64,000 nucleotides of DNA from the NCBI GenBank assembly GCA_963783375.1, contig CAWANH010000029.1, positions 192,001-256,000 on the forward strand. The letters run 5' to 3'. Each line of letters begins with the position of its first letter. Position 1 is the first letter of the stretch. Source of the stretch: Candidatus Eiseniibacteriota bacterium. Lineage in GTDB: Bacteria > Eisenbacteria > RBG-16-71-46 > JABDJR01. The notes under the pieces were generated by a model. The model did not search any database. It worked only from the letters and a program-made list of their open reading frames with translations, and had not been told where the DNA came from. Positions 9,478-19,348 of the stretch are shown one piece after another. The position numbers were made by a program, and so were the translations under genes.

Positions 9478-9581
9478 CGTTCGTTCGCCCCCCCGATTCG
9501 CCGCGGGCATGGTCTGGTCGGAAGGTGTTTTTCAGCGGGAGCCGATCCCCCAGGGGGTGCCGGGCCCCGGGAGCTTGGAAC

Positions 9582-10754
9582 GTGTCGTCATTGTCTGCAC
9601 CCCCCGGGGGGCCCACCCCCGGCGCCTCGTCCCGGTCTCTCACCCCCCTCATGCTCCGGCGGCTGGAGCGGGCGGGGCTCGAACGGCTCGGCGGGAAGGT
9701 CCGGGCGGGCGAGCGCCTCGACTTCGAGGACGGGGTGGCCCTCTACGCCGCCCCCGACGCCGCCGCGGTGGGCATGCTGGCCAACCTGGCCCGGGAGCGC
9801 CTCCACGGCGACCGGACCTACTTCGTCCGGAACCGCCACCTGAACCCGACCAACGTCTGCGAGGCCGACTGCCTCTTCTGCGCCTTCAAGGCCGATCCCG
9901 GCGATTCCTCGGGATGGACCCTGGGCAAGGCGGCCATCCAGGAGCGGATCCGGAAGCTCATCACCGACGACGTGCGCGAGGTGCACGTGGTGGGGGGGCA
10001 CAACCCCGAGGTGGGCTACGACTACTTCGTGAACACCATCCGCTGGATCAAGGAGGTCCGTCCCGAGGTCCATGTCAAGGCCTACACCATGGCCGAGATC
10101 TTCTTCTTCTCCCAGATCTCGGGAAAGACGATCGAGGAGGTGGTGGCCGACCTCAAGGCCGCCGGCCTCGACGCCTGCACCGGGGGCGGGGCGGAGATCC
10201 TGGGCGAGAAGATCCGGAAGAAGATCGTCCGCGGAAAGGTGGACGGCGCGGGGTGGCTCGAGACCGCCCGCCGCGTTCACCGGGCCGGGGTGAAGTCCAA
10301 CTGCACCATGCTCTACGGCCACATCGAGAAGTCCGAGGACCGGGTGGATCATCTCCTGAGGCTCCGCGGGGTCCAGGACGAGACGGGGGGGTTCCAGGCC
10401 TTCGTCCCTCTCGCCTTCCACAACCAGAACAACCGCCTCCGCAAGCTCGATCCCCCCACCGGCATCGACGACCTCAAGAACCTCGCGGTGGCGCGGTTGA
10501 TCCTCGACAACGTCCCCCACATCAAGGCCTACTGGCCCATGCACACTCCCAAGCTGGCCCAGACCGCGCTCTGGATGGGGGTGGACGACGTGGACGGAAC
10601 GGTGGTGGAGGAGCACATCTACCACATGGCCGGCGCCCGCACCGACCAGGAGATGTCGGTGGAAGCCCTGGTGGAGATGATCCGCCGGGCCGGCCGGCTG
10701 CCGGTGGAGCGCGACGCCCTGTACGCCACGGTGCGGGAGTACCCCGAGCCGTGA
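9582..10754 (+). CDS. mqnE: Aminofutalosine synthase (radical SAM)
   Basis: NPTNVCEADCLFCAF, EVHVVGG, TMLYGHIE, HIKAYW, GTVVEEHIYHMAGA; start may be 9582 or 9651. Confidence 0.92.
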   Translation: MSSLSAPPGGPTPGASSRSLTPLMLRRLERAGLERLGGKVRAGERLDFEDGVALYAAPDAAAVGMLANLARERLHGDRTYFVRNRHLNPTNVCEADCLFCAFKADPGDSSGWTLGKAAIQERIRKLITDDVREVHVVGGHNPEVGYDYFVNTIRWIKEVRPEVHVKAYTMAEIFFFSQISGKTIEEVVADLKAAGLDACTGGGAEILGEKIRKKIVRGKVDGAGWLETARRVHRAGVKSNCTMLYGHIEKSEDRVDHLLRLRGVQDETGGFQAFVPLAFHNQNNRLRKLDPPTGIDDLKNLAVARLILDNVPHIKAYWPMHTPKLAQTALWMGVDDVDGTVVEEHIYHMAGARTDQEMSVEALVEMIRRAGRLPVERDALYATVREYPEP

Positions 10755-11551
10755 GCGCGCGGCGACTCCGGGTGGGGGTGGTCCGGTTCACCAACACCCT
10801 TCCCCTGGCCACCGGCCTGGAGGAGCACCTTCCCCAGGCGGAGCTGATCCGCACCACCCCGGCGGAGATCGCCGACCGGCTGGAGTCGGGGGAGATGGGG
10901 GTGGGGCTGGTTCCGGTGGCCTCGGTGGCCGCCCACCCGAGCTGGTCGGTGGTGCCGGGGCTGGGGATTGCCGCCGAGGGCCCGGTCCGCTCGGTGCTCC
11001 TGCTCTCACGGGTTCCGGTGGAGGAGATCCGGGTGCTGGTGGCCGATCCGGCCTCGCGCACCTCCAACGCCCTGGCCCGTCTGTGGCTTCGCCACCGCCT
11101 GGGCCGGGAGGTGGAGATCACCCCGGGAGCGCCCACCCTGGACGAGCGCCTGGCCGGTCACGACGCCACCGTGGCCATCGGCGACGACGCGCTGTTCTGG
11201 GACGGCGAGGCGCGGGAGCGGATCGATCTCGGGGGGGCGTGGACGGCCTGGACCGGGCTTCCCTTCGTGTTCGCGGTGTGGGCGGGGCCCGAAGCGGGAA
11301 CCCCCGAGCTGGCCCGCGCCTTTCACGCCTGCTACGAGGCCAACGCCTCCCGCGCGGCCGAGCTGGCCGGGGGGGCGTCGCCGGACGATCCCGAGCGGGC
11401 GGCGGTGATCGCCTCCTATCTTCGCGAGAGCATTCGCTACCGGCTGGGGGAGCGGGAGCGCGAGGGGCTCCTCAGGTACATTCAACTGGGTCGCGAGGCG
11501 GGGCTGTTCGTCCCGCGGCCCCAGGGGACGCTCAATGCCGACCTCCACTGA
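10751..11551 (+). CDS. mqnA: Chorismate dehydratase
   Basis: FTNTLPL, GPVRSVLL, SRTSNAL, IGDDAL, DLGGAWTAWTGLPFVFAVW; GTGA overlap with mqnE. Confidence 0.92.
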   Translation: MSARRLRVGVVRFTNTLPLATGLEEHLPQAELIRTTPAEIADRLESGEMGVGLVPVASVAAHPSWSVVPGLGIAAEGPVRSVLLLSRVPVEEIRVLVADPASRTSNALARLWLRHRLGREVEITPGAPTLDERLAGHDATVAIGDDALFWDGEARERIDLGGAWTAWTGLPFVFAVWAGPEAGTPELARAFHACYEANASRAAELAGGASPDDPERAAVIASYLRESIRYRLGEREREGLLRYIQLGREAGLFVPRPQGTLNADLH

Positions 11552-12647
11552 AGCCCCGATCCGGGACCTGGACCTCGAGGCGCGCATCACCGCCGGCCGG
11601 CGCATCTCCGAGGAGGACGCGCTCCGGCTCATGGAACGCGCGGAGCTGAACTGGCTCGGCGCCCTGGCCCATGAGGTGCGCTTCCGCATGAACCCCGAGC
11701 CCCGGGTGACCTACAACATCGACCGGAACATCAACTACAGCAACATCTGCACCGCCCGCTGCCGGTTCTGCGCCTTCTACCTTCCCGAGACCTCCCCCCA
11801 CGGTTACGTCCTCACCTGGGAGGAGATGCGGGAGAAGATCGCCGAGCTGAGGGCGATCGGGGGGAACCAGGTCCTCCTCCAGGGCGGGCTCCATCCCGAT
11901 TTCACCGTGGAGTGGTACGAGGGGATGATCCGGCGGATGAAGGCGGAGTTTCCCGGGCTCTGGGTGCACGCGTTCAGCGCCCCGGAGATCGTGGCCATCG
12001 CCGGGCTCTCCGGGCTCTCCTATCGCGAGACCCTGGAGCGGTTGAAAGCGGCCGGGCTCGACTCCATGCCCGGCGGGGGCGCGGAGATCCTGGTTTCCCC
12101 GGTCCGGGACGAGATCGCGGTGGGGAAGTGCAACGGCGAGGAGTGGATCGAGGTGCACCGCCAGTGCCACCTTCTGGAATTGCCCACCACCGCCACCATG
12201 ATGTTCGGGAGCCTCGAGTCGACCGCCGACCGGATCGGCCATCTGAAGATGCTTCGCGACCTTCAGGACGAAACCGGGGGCTTCACCGCGTTCATCGCAT
12301 GGCCGTTCCAGCCCGACCACACCTCGCTCAGGAAGCGGGTGCCGCGTCCGGCAACCGCGGCGGAGTATCTCCGGGTCCAGGCGGTGGCGCGGATCTATCT
12401 CGACAACGTCCCCCACGTGCAGTCCTCGTGGGTGACCATGGGGGAAAAGATCGGCCAGCTGGCCCTCTTCTACGGGGCCGACGACTTCGGGAGCGTCATG
12501 ATGGAGGAAAACGTGGTCTCCGCCGCCGGCACCACCTACAACCTCGACGAGGAGCGGATCCGGCGGGCGGTGGAGCGGGCGGGCTTCACCCCGGTCCGTC
12601 GGGGCATGCGCTACGACCTCCTGGAGGAGGAGGCGGTCCCCGCGTAG
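11535..12647 (+). CDS. mqnC: Cyclic dehypoxanthine futalosine synthase (radical SAM)
   Basis: DRNINYSNICTARCRFCAFY, LLQGGLHP, QSSWVTMG, DFGSVMMEENVVSAAG. Confidence 0.94.
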   Translation: MPTSTEAPIRDLDLEARITAGRRISEEDALRLMERAELNWLGALAHEVRFRMNPEPRVTYNIDRNINYSNICTARCRFCAFYLPETSPHGYVLTWEEMREKIAELRAIGGNQVLLQGGLHPDFTVEWYEGMIRRMKAEFPGLWVHAFSAPEIVAIAGLSGLSYRETLERLKAAGLDSMPGGGAEILVSPVRDEIAVGKCNGEEWIEVHRQCHLLELPTTATMMFGSLESTADRIGHLKMLRDLQDETGGFTAFIAWPFQPDHTSLRKRVPRPATAAEYLRVQAVARIYLDNVPHVQSSWVTMGEKIGQLALFYGADDFGSVMMEENVVSAAGTTYNLDEERIRRAVERAGFTPVRRGMRYDLLEEEAVPA

Positions 12648-12652
12648 GAACC

Positions 12653-13537
12653 ATGGAGACGACCTCCGGCGGGGGGATGGCGGAACGCGTGCTGACCTTC
12701 GGGCACATGGTCCGCTTTTCCCATTCGGTCTTCGCCCTTCCTTTCGCGCTCTCCGGAGTGCTCTTCGCCATCCACCGGATCGGCTTCTGTCCCGGCCCCA
12801 TGGTCTGGCTCTGGGTGGTGGTGGCCATGGTAAGCGCCCGCTCGGCGGCCATGGCCTTCAACCGGATCGCGGACCGCCGGCTCGACGCGGCCAACCCCCG
12901 CACCCGGAACCGGGAGATCCCCCGCGGGGCCATGAGCCTTCCCACCGCGTGGGCGTTTACCCTCGGCGCCGGCGCGGTCTTCGTCTTCGCCTGCGCCATG
13001 CTGAACCCCCTCGCCCTGGCCCTCTCCCCGGCGGCCCTGGCCATCGTGGCGTTCTACTCCTTCACAAAACGCTTTACGTGGTCCAGTCATCTCTTTTTGG
13101 GTCTTGGGCTTGGGGTTGCTCCGGTCGGGGGGTGGGTGGCGGTGGCCGGCCGCCTCGACGCGGCCCCGTTCCTGGTCGCGGCGGGGGTGATCGGGTGGGT
13201 GGCCGGGTTCGACGTGTTCTACGCCCTCCAGGACCTGGAGTTCGACCGGCGGAGCGGCCTCCACTCCATTCCCGCTCGATTCGGCCCCCGCGGCGCGGTC
13301 ATCGCGGCGCGGATCCTCCACGCCGTCGCGGTGATCGCCCTGGCCTCGGTCTACCTCGCGCTGGACCTTTCTCCCTGGTACCTTGTCGGGATGGCGGTCA
13401 TCGCGGGGTTGCTCTTCTACGAACACCGGCTGGTCCGGACCGACGACCTGAGCCGGATCGACAAGGCGTTCTTCGACATGAACGCGGTGATCAGCGTGGT
13501 GTATCTCGTCACCGCGGTGGCGGGGACCCGGCTGTGA
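12653..13537 (+). CDS. UbiA-family polyprenyltransferase (MqnP-like)
   Basis: HSVFALPF, ARSAAMAFNRIAD..D..NPRT, YALQD. Confidence 0.9.
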   Translation: METTSGGGMAERVLTFGHMVRFSHSVFALPFALSGVLFAIHRIGFCPGPMVWLWVVVAMVSARSAAMAFNRIADRRLDAANPRTRNREIPRGAMSLPTAWAFTLGAGAVFVFACAMLNPLALALSPAALAIVAFYSFTKRFTWSSHLFLGLGLGVAPVGGWVAVAGRLDAAPFLVAAGVIGWVAGFDVFYALQDLEFDRRSGLHSIPARFGPRGAVIAARILHAVAVIALASVYLALDLSPWYLVGMAVIAGLLFYEHRLVRTDDLSRIDKAFFDMNAVISVVYLVTAVAGTRL

Positions 13538-13580
13538 TCCGGGCGTCTCGCGCCCCCCGGCGGGAAGACGGGAGCCCACG

Positions 13581-14199
13581 GTGAGCGCCCGGCGCATCGT
13601 GCTCGCGGTGACCGGAGCCAGCGGCGCGGTCTACGCCGAGCGTCTTCTCCGGGCCCTTCTCGTCGACGGCCACGCCGTGGACCTCGTGGTCTCGGCCTAC
13701 GGGGCGCGGCTCCTGAAGGAGGAGCGCGGTCTCCCCGGGGAGCCGCGGAAACTCGCCGAGGCGGTGTGCGCGCGCTACGACCTCGGGGAGGCCGCCGGCC
13801 GGGTGACCGGGCACGGTAACCAGGACCTGGGGGCCGGAATCTCCAGCGGCTCCTTCCCGGTTCACGGGATGGCGGTGGTGCCGGCCAGCATGCGCACCAT
13901 CGGCGCGACGGCGGCGGGGCTCGGCGCGACCCTGATCGACCGCGCGGCCATGGTGACCTTGAAGGAAGCGGCGCCCTCTGGTGCTGGTCCCCCGGGAGAC
14001 GCCCCTGAGCCGCATCCACCTCGAGAACCTCCTCCGCCTCCACGACGCCGGCGCGGTCATCCTCCCCGCCGACCCCGCGTTCTACCAGCGGCCGAAGACC
14101 TTCGAGGACCTGGGGGACTTCATCGCCGCCCGGGTCATGGAGCAGCTGGGCATCCCCCCCTCCCGGGACCTCTTCCCCCGGTGGGGGTTGGGGGAGTGA
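13581..14199 (+). pseudogene. ubiX: Flavin prenyltransferase UbiX, frameshifted near 13966 (probably an assembly error)
   Basis: [22 protein letters not shown] in one frame, then [25 protein letters not shown] in another; one extra base in AAGGAAGCGG. Confidence 0.85.
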
Positions 14200-14206
14200 C
14201 CCCGGG

Positions 14207-14941
14207 GTGGCGGGCGCGTTGAGCGCGGAACGGCCGGGGGGAGAAAGCGCCGAGGCCTCGGCGCAGAAGCGGCGGGTCCGGGGGATGTTCGACGCCGTCG
14301 CCCCCCGATACGACCTCCTGAACCATCTCCTGAGCCTGGGGATCGACCGGCGGTGGCGGAAGCGCGCGATCGCCGCCCTCGAGCTTCGCCCCGGCGCGCT
14401 GGTGCTCGACCTCTGCGCCGGGACCGGCGACCTGGCCCTGGCCGCGCTGGCCGGGGCGCCGGGGGTGCGGGTGATCGGGGTGGACCTGGCCCGGGAGATG
14501 CTCGCGCGCGGGAGCCTGAAGCGCGCGGGAGGGCCGTTGCTCTTCGTCCAGGGGGACGCGGAGCAGCTGCCCCTGGCCGACCGCTCGGTGGATGCGGCCT
14601 CGGTGGGGTTCGGGATCCGGAACGTGGCCTCCCTCGGCGCCGCCTTCGCGGAAACCGCCCGTGTGCTCCGGCCGGGCGGGCGCTTCGCGGTGCTGGAGTT
14701 CACCACCCCGCCGAACCCGGTGTTTCGCGGGCTCTACCACGCCTACTTCCACCGGGTGCTGCCGGCGGTGGGGGGCATGGTGAGCGGACGGCCCGAGGCC
14801 TACGCCTACCTGCCCGAGTCGGTGGCGCGGTTTCCGGACCCGCCGGCCCTGGCCCGTCTGGCCCGGGAATCCGGCTTCCGGGAAGCGACCTGGGAACTCC
14901 TGAGCGGCGGGATCGCCGCGCTCCACGTGTGCCGGCGGTGA
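14207..14941 (+). CDS. ubiE: Demethylmenaquinone methyltransferase (UbiE/MenG)
   Basis: MFDAVAPRYDLLNHLLSLGIDRRWR, LDLCAGTGD, FGIRNV, AYAYLPESV. Confidence 0.92.
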   Translation: MAGALSAERPGGESAEASAQKRRVRGMFDAVAPRYDLLNHLLSLGIDRRWRKRAIAALELRPGALVLDLCAGTGDLALAALAGAPGVRVIGVDLAREMLARGSLKRAGGPLLFVQGDAEQLPLADRSVDAASVGFGIRNVASLGAAFAETARVLRPGGRFAVLEFTTPPNPVFRGLYHAYFHRVLPAVGGMVSGRPEAYAYLPESVARFPDPPALARLARESGFREATWELLSGGIAALHVCRR

Positions 14942-14942
14942 C

Positions 14943-15875
14943 ATGGCGCGTCACGAAACCCCCGATCTGAACGATCGCCTGGAGTTCGCGGCCCTCTGCG
15001 CGCTCCTGGCCGCGCTCCGCCTCCCGTCGCCGGCCCGCGCCCGGCGCCTCGGGCGGGGGATCGGCCGCCTCGCCGCCCGGTTCGTGCCCCTCCGCCGCGA
15101 GGTGGCGCTCGAGAACCTCCAGGCGGCGTTTCCGGAGATGGACGCGGCGGCGCGGGCCGCGGTCTACGCCTCCATGGTCGAGAACCTGGGCGAGGTGCTG
15201 GCCGGGTTCGCGCGTTTCGGAAAGCGGCGCCCCGAGCCCATCACCGAAACCCTACGGGTGGCCAACCCCGAGGTCTTCGCCGAGGCCCGCCGCGCCGGCC
15301 GGGGGGCGATTTTCCTCACCGCCCACTACGGAAACTGGGAAGCGTTCGGCGCAGCGGCGGCCGCCGCCGGCTATCCGGTGACCGTTCTGGGCGGGCGCCA
15401 GCGGAATCCCCTGGTGGAGTCGCTCTTCGCCCGGTACCGGGGGAACATGGGACTCGGGACGCTCACCGTGGGGAAGAGCCTCAAGCCGTTGGTGAAGGCG
15501 CTCCGCGAGGGCTCCTTCGTGGCGTCCCTGGCCGACCAGGACGGCGGCCGCGACGGGTTCTTCCTGGACTTTCTGGGCCGGAAGGCCTCGGTGCAGCCGG
15601 GCCTGTTCCGGCTTCTGGCGCGAAGCGGGGTGCCCCTGGTCACCGGGTTCGCGGTCCGGGACGGCGCCGGTTGGCAGGGGGAGCTTCAGTCGCCGGTGTG
15701 GCCCCGACGCGCGCGGGACGAGGCCTCGGTGGACGCCGAAGCGAGGCGCCTGGCCGCGCTCTACACCCTGCGGGTGGAGCAATACGTGCGCGCCCGCCCC
15801 GATCACTGGTTCTGGGTCCACCGCCGCTGGCGCACCCGGCCGCCGGAGGGATCCGCGGGGACGGTTCGCGGCTGA
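14943..15875 (+). CDS. Lipid A/lysophospholipid acyltransferase (LpxL/HtrB family)
   Basis: TAHYGNWE, LADQD, FLGRKA, PDHWFWVHRRWRTRP. Confidence 0.88.
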   Translation: MARHETPDLNDRLEFAALCALLAALRLPSPARARRLGRGIGRLAARFVPLRREVALENLQAAFPEMDAAARAAVYASMVENLGEVLAGFARFGKRRPEPITETLRVANPEVFAEARRAGRGAIFLTAHYGNWEAFGAAAAAAGYPVTVLGGRQRNPLVESLFARYRGNMGLGTLTVGKSLKPLVKALREGSFVASLADQDGGRDGFFLDFLGRKASVQPGLFRLLARSGVPLVTGFAVRDGAGWQGELQSPVWPRRARDEASVDAEARRLAALYTLRVEQYVRARPDHWFWVHRRWRTRPPEGSAGTVRG

Positions 15876-15911
15876 GTCCCGGACGAATTGACGGGACCGG
15901 CCGGGCTCCGG

Positions 15912-17333
15912 CTAACGCGCCGCCGGTTCTTCGTACACCACCCCGTCCTTGATCACCGTCCTTCGGCTGAGCAGGTTCTGCGGGTCCTCGATCGGGCTCC
16001 GGTCGAAGAGCACCAGGTCCGCCTTCATCCCGGGTTCGATCGCCCCCACCGAATCCTGGATTCCCATCGTCTCCGCGGTGTTCCAGGTGGCGATGGTGAG
16101 CACCGCGGCCATGGGAATCCCCGCCTGGTGGAGGAGCAGCATCTCCGAGAGGGCGGACTTTCCGGGTTCGGCGCTGTCGGTGCCCAGGTTGAGCCGCACC
16201 CCGTCGTCGTACATCCGCTTCACGGTGCCGAGCATCACCCGGAAGCCTTCCCGTCCCTGGGCCATCAAGGTGTCCGAGTATGCGGAGAGGTCGTCGAAGT
16301 TCCCCACCGGTGGCGGCGCGAAGTAGGTGAATCCGTAGAGCCGGCCGAAGACGTGAAGGGTGGGGGTGACCGAGGTGCCGGTCGCGGCGAGCCGCTCGAT
16401 GAGGGCGTTCATGCGCGGGTCGTCGGGGCCGAGGTGGGCGAGGTAGCCCATGGTCTGGGCGAAGAAGAGCCCGTTCCGGCTCTCGCCGGCCAGGGGCTTC
16501 ACCTCGTGGAGCCACACCGCTTCCTGCTCTTCGGGGGTCAGCACCTCCTTGACCAGGGTATAGGCGTGTTCCACGTCCCGAAGCCCCAGATCCAGCGCCT
16601 TCCCGATCGAGAACACGTTGAAGTCGATGTGGGCGAAGGGAATCATGCCGAGCGACTGGGCCTCGTGGATGGCCGCGGTGAACTCGGGCTCCCGAAGACG
16701 CCAGTAGAGCTTCACGAACCGGAACCCCAGCTCGTGGTACTGGCGGACCTTGGCCGCGGCCGCCTCGGGACTCGCCACCTCCACGTGGCCGGGATAGGGA
16801 ACACGCCCCTCCTCGTGGGAGACCAGGGCCCCGCCGCAGGGATAGAAGTCGGGGGCCCAGGGAACGGAGCGCATCCAGGCCACGAGCATGGGTAGGTCGC
16901 GTTCGTCGTCCCCGGCCGACCGGACCGAGGTCACCCCGTAGGGGAGATAGGCGCGGGCCCACCGGTGGCGATAAACGGCGATCGAATCGGGGTCCATGCT
17001 GAGGTTGACGACCGGCCCCCCGGTGGCGGTGACCGAATCGGCGAGGACGAACGCGGTGTGGTGGTGGCCGTCGATCAGGCCGGGAGTGAGAAGTCGGCCT
17101 TCGGCGTCGATCACCCGGCGGGCCCGGGGGGCCTTCTCCGAACCGGAACGCACCGCGGCGATCCGCCCGTCATCGACGATCACCGTCCGGTCGGGAAGCA
17201 CGGCCCCGGTCCGGGCGTCGAAGACGTCGGCGTGAATCACTGCGAGCTGGGCCGGGGGAGAGCCTCCGCAGGCGGCGAGGGCGGCGGCCAGGAAGAGAGC
17301 GGTCGGGAGTTTCGGACGAGAACTCTGGGTCAC
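15912..17333 (-). CDS. Amidohydrolase-family lipoprotein
   Basis: Lipobox LAAC, TPGLIDGHHH, VKLY, VEHA, GTDS, GAIEPGMKADLV. Confidence 0.88.
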   Translation of the reverse strand: MTQSSRPKLPTALFLAAALAACGGSPPAQLAVIHADVFDARTGAVLPDRTVIVDDGRIAAVRSGSEKAPRARRVIDAEGRLLTPGLIDGHHHTAFVLADSVTATGGPVVNLSMDPDSIAVYRHRWARAYLPYGVTSVRSAGDDERDLPMLVAWMRSVPWAPDFYPCGGALVSHEEGRVPYPGHVEVASPEAAAAKVRQYHELGFRFVKLYWRLREPEFTAAIHEAQSLGMIPFAHIDFNVFSIGKALDLGLRDVEHAYTLVKEVLTPEEQEAVWLHEVKPLAGESRNGLFFAQTMGYLAHLGPDDPRMNALIERLAATGTSVTPTLHVFGRLYGFTYFAPPPVGNFDDLSAYSDTLMAQGREGFRVMLGTVKRMYDDGVRLNLGTDSAEPGKSALSEMLLLHQAGIPMAAVLTIATWNTAETMGIQDSVGAIEPGMKADLVLFDRSPIEDPQNLLSRRTVIKDGVVYEEPAAR

Positions 17334-17455
17334 GGCTTCCTCCCCCGGGGAACCCGGCCGGAGCGCGGAAACGGCCCGCCGGCGGCCGATACGGGGCCCG
17401 GAGGGGTTCCCCGGGCCCCCAGCTCAGATCCGGGCGTCCATCCGCCGATAACGGG

Positions 17456-17779
17456 TCAGCTCTTGAAGCCGATTCCCTTTCCCGCTTCCGGCTGGCCGGT
17501 GGTGTCGATCGGGCCGTACTGCGCCTCGAACTTGGCCAGGTTCTCGCCCAGGGCCCGATGGAGCGCCTTGGCGTTGGGGGCGGTGAGGATGATGCGGGCG
17601 TGCACCTTGGCCTTGGTGATGCCGGGCAGGGTTCGCGCGAAGTCGACGATGACCTCGGAGTTGGAGTGGGAGATGAGGGCGAGGTTGGAGTAGATCCCCT
17701 GGGCCTCGGCCTCGTCGATGCTGAGCTGAAGCCCCGGGCCGGAGGCGGGTCTCCGCTCCGGCGATTTGTCCTCGGACAT
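17456..17779 (-). CDS. DUF3467-like protein
   Basis: EAQGIYSNLALISHSNSEVIVDF..ARIILTAPNAK..FEAQYGPI. Confidence 0.8.
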   Translation of the reverse strand: MSEDKSPERRPASGPGLQLSIDEAEAQGIYSNLALISHSNSEVIVDFARTLPGITKAKVHARIILTAPNAKALHRALGENLAKFEAQYGPIDTTGQPEAGKGIGFKS

Positions 17780-17829
17780 GGATAGGTTGCTCCCGTCTCC
17801 GGCCCCGCGACCGGTGAAGTGGACGACGC

Positions 17830-19176
17830 ATGAATGCGAACGATGAAAGTCTAGAACCCGCTTCCGGGAGCGTCAACGCGGACGCCCTCCCGGGAGGGAA
17901 ATCCGGCGCCTCCCCCGAGATCGCCGCGATCACCGAGGGGCTCCTGGCGTGGCTCACCCGGCCCGAGGACGCGCGTCGGATCGCCGAGCGCGTCACCCGG
18001 GCCGCGGTCGAGGCGGGCGGAGCGGAGCGCGCGGTGATCCTGGTGCGGGATCCCGACCGCGACGAGCTTCTGGCCCTGGGGGCGGTCGGCTTCGAGGACC
18101 CGGCGGTCCGCGCCGAGCTCCTCCGGTTCGCCCGGCGCCTCGGGCGATGGTTGGAGCGCGCCGGAACCCCGCTCACCGTGCTCCACCCCGCCGACGATCC
18201 CCGCTTCCCCCCCGCGCCGGCGGATGAGGGCTCCGCCCACGGGCTCCCGCTACTCGCTTCGGGACGGTATCTGGGGGCCATGGTGGTGTTCGAGCACCGG
18301 GACCTCGATCCCGGTACCCCGGTGGAGAGCCGCGTCGCCCGCTTCGCCCCCCTGGCCTCGGTCTTCGCCCTCGCCCTTTCCCGCGAGCGCATGCAGGAAC
18401 GGATCGAGCGGCTCGCCCGGGACCTGGAGGCCGGCGAGCGCCGCCGGCTCCAGGCCGAGCGCCTGGCCGCGGTGGGAAGGCTGGCCGCGGACATGGCCGG
18501 CGAAGTGCAGGCCCCCCTGGCCTCCCTGGGTGGCCTGGCCGCCCGGCTGGCCGGAGAACTCCCCGAGGACCACCCCCATCGCGCGCTCCTCGAGGTCATG
18601 ATCGTCGAGGTCGCGCGCCTGGAGCGCCTGTTGGGGGACCAGGTGGAGCTGGCCCGCGCGCACGAGGAAGGTCCCCGGCCCGACGACCTGAACCGGATCC
18701 TGGCCGAGTGCGTCATGCTCCTGGAGCGGGAGACCCGGGCCCGGAAGGTCCGGGTCACCCGGCGCCTGGCCATGAGCCTTCCCACCCTGCTCCTCAACGC
18801 CGGGTTGCTCCGCCGCATTCTCCTGAACCTCCTCCGCGGAGCCCTGGAAAGCACCGAACCCGGGGGACGGATCAAGGTCGAGACCAAGCGCAAGGGCGAG
18901 ATGGTGGAGATCCTGGTGGCCGCGGAGAGCCGGCGGGAGCCGGGAGGCTCCCTCGACGCGATGTGGAAGCCGTTCGCCGCCGAGGCGGGGGACCAGGCGG
19001 GAACCAGCGCCGCGGCGGTCCAGCAGATGCTGAAGGAGCACGGCGCCACCTTGCGCGTCGCCGCCACCCGGGACTGGCCCGTCGTCTACTCCCTGACCCT
19101 CCCCATCCCCGGGAACCAGGATCGCCGGCGGATCCACCGCGACCGCCGCTCCGGGGGCGATCGCCGGATCGCCTGA
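17830..19176 (+). CDS. GAF plus degenerate HisKA/HATPase protein (histidine pseudokinase)
   Basis: QAERLAAVGRLAADMAGEVQAPL aligns to an NtrB-type H-box but lacks His; DLNRIL, RILLNLLRGA, KPF remnants. Confidence 0.75.
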   Translation: MNANDESLEPASGSVNADALPGGKSGASPEIAAITEGLLAWLTRPEDARRIAERVTRAAVEAGGAERAVILVRDPDRDELLALGAVGFEDPAVRAELLRFARRLGRWLERAGTPLTVLHPADDPRFPPAPADEGSAHGLPLLASGRYLGAMVVFEHRDLDPGTPVESRVARFAPLASVFALALSRERMQERIERLARDLEAGERRRLQAERLAAVGRLAADMAGEVQAPLASLGGLAARLAGELPEDHPHRALLEVMIVEVARLERLLGDQVELARAHEEGPRPDDLNRILAECVMLLERETRARKVRVTRRLAMSLPTLLLNAGLLRRILLNLLRGALESTEPGGRIKVETKRKGEMVEILVAAESRREPGGSLDAMWKPFAAEAGDQAGTSAAAVQQMLKEHGATLRVAATRDWPVVYSLTLPIPGNQDRRRIHRDRRSGGDRRIA

Positions 19177-19348
19177 GTCGATCGCCGCCGCCCGCGCCGG
19201 GCCTTCGTGCCGGCCGTCCCGACAAATCATGATTGATATTGTCCCACTTCCACGTCGCCGCGCGGGCGCCATGCGTGGAGTATTGCAAGAAAAAGTGATA
19301 AAATGCCATCGGACAGCCTCTCTCACCAACCGGGACCAAGGAGGCGTC

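Noticed and set aside
9509-11551. 680-aa ORF suggesting a large MqnA fusion
   Set aside because: Only the part from GTG 10751 is MqnA; the upstream part is a shadow of mqnE
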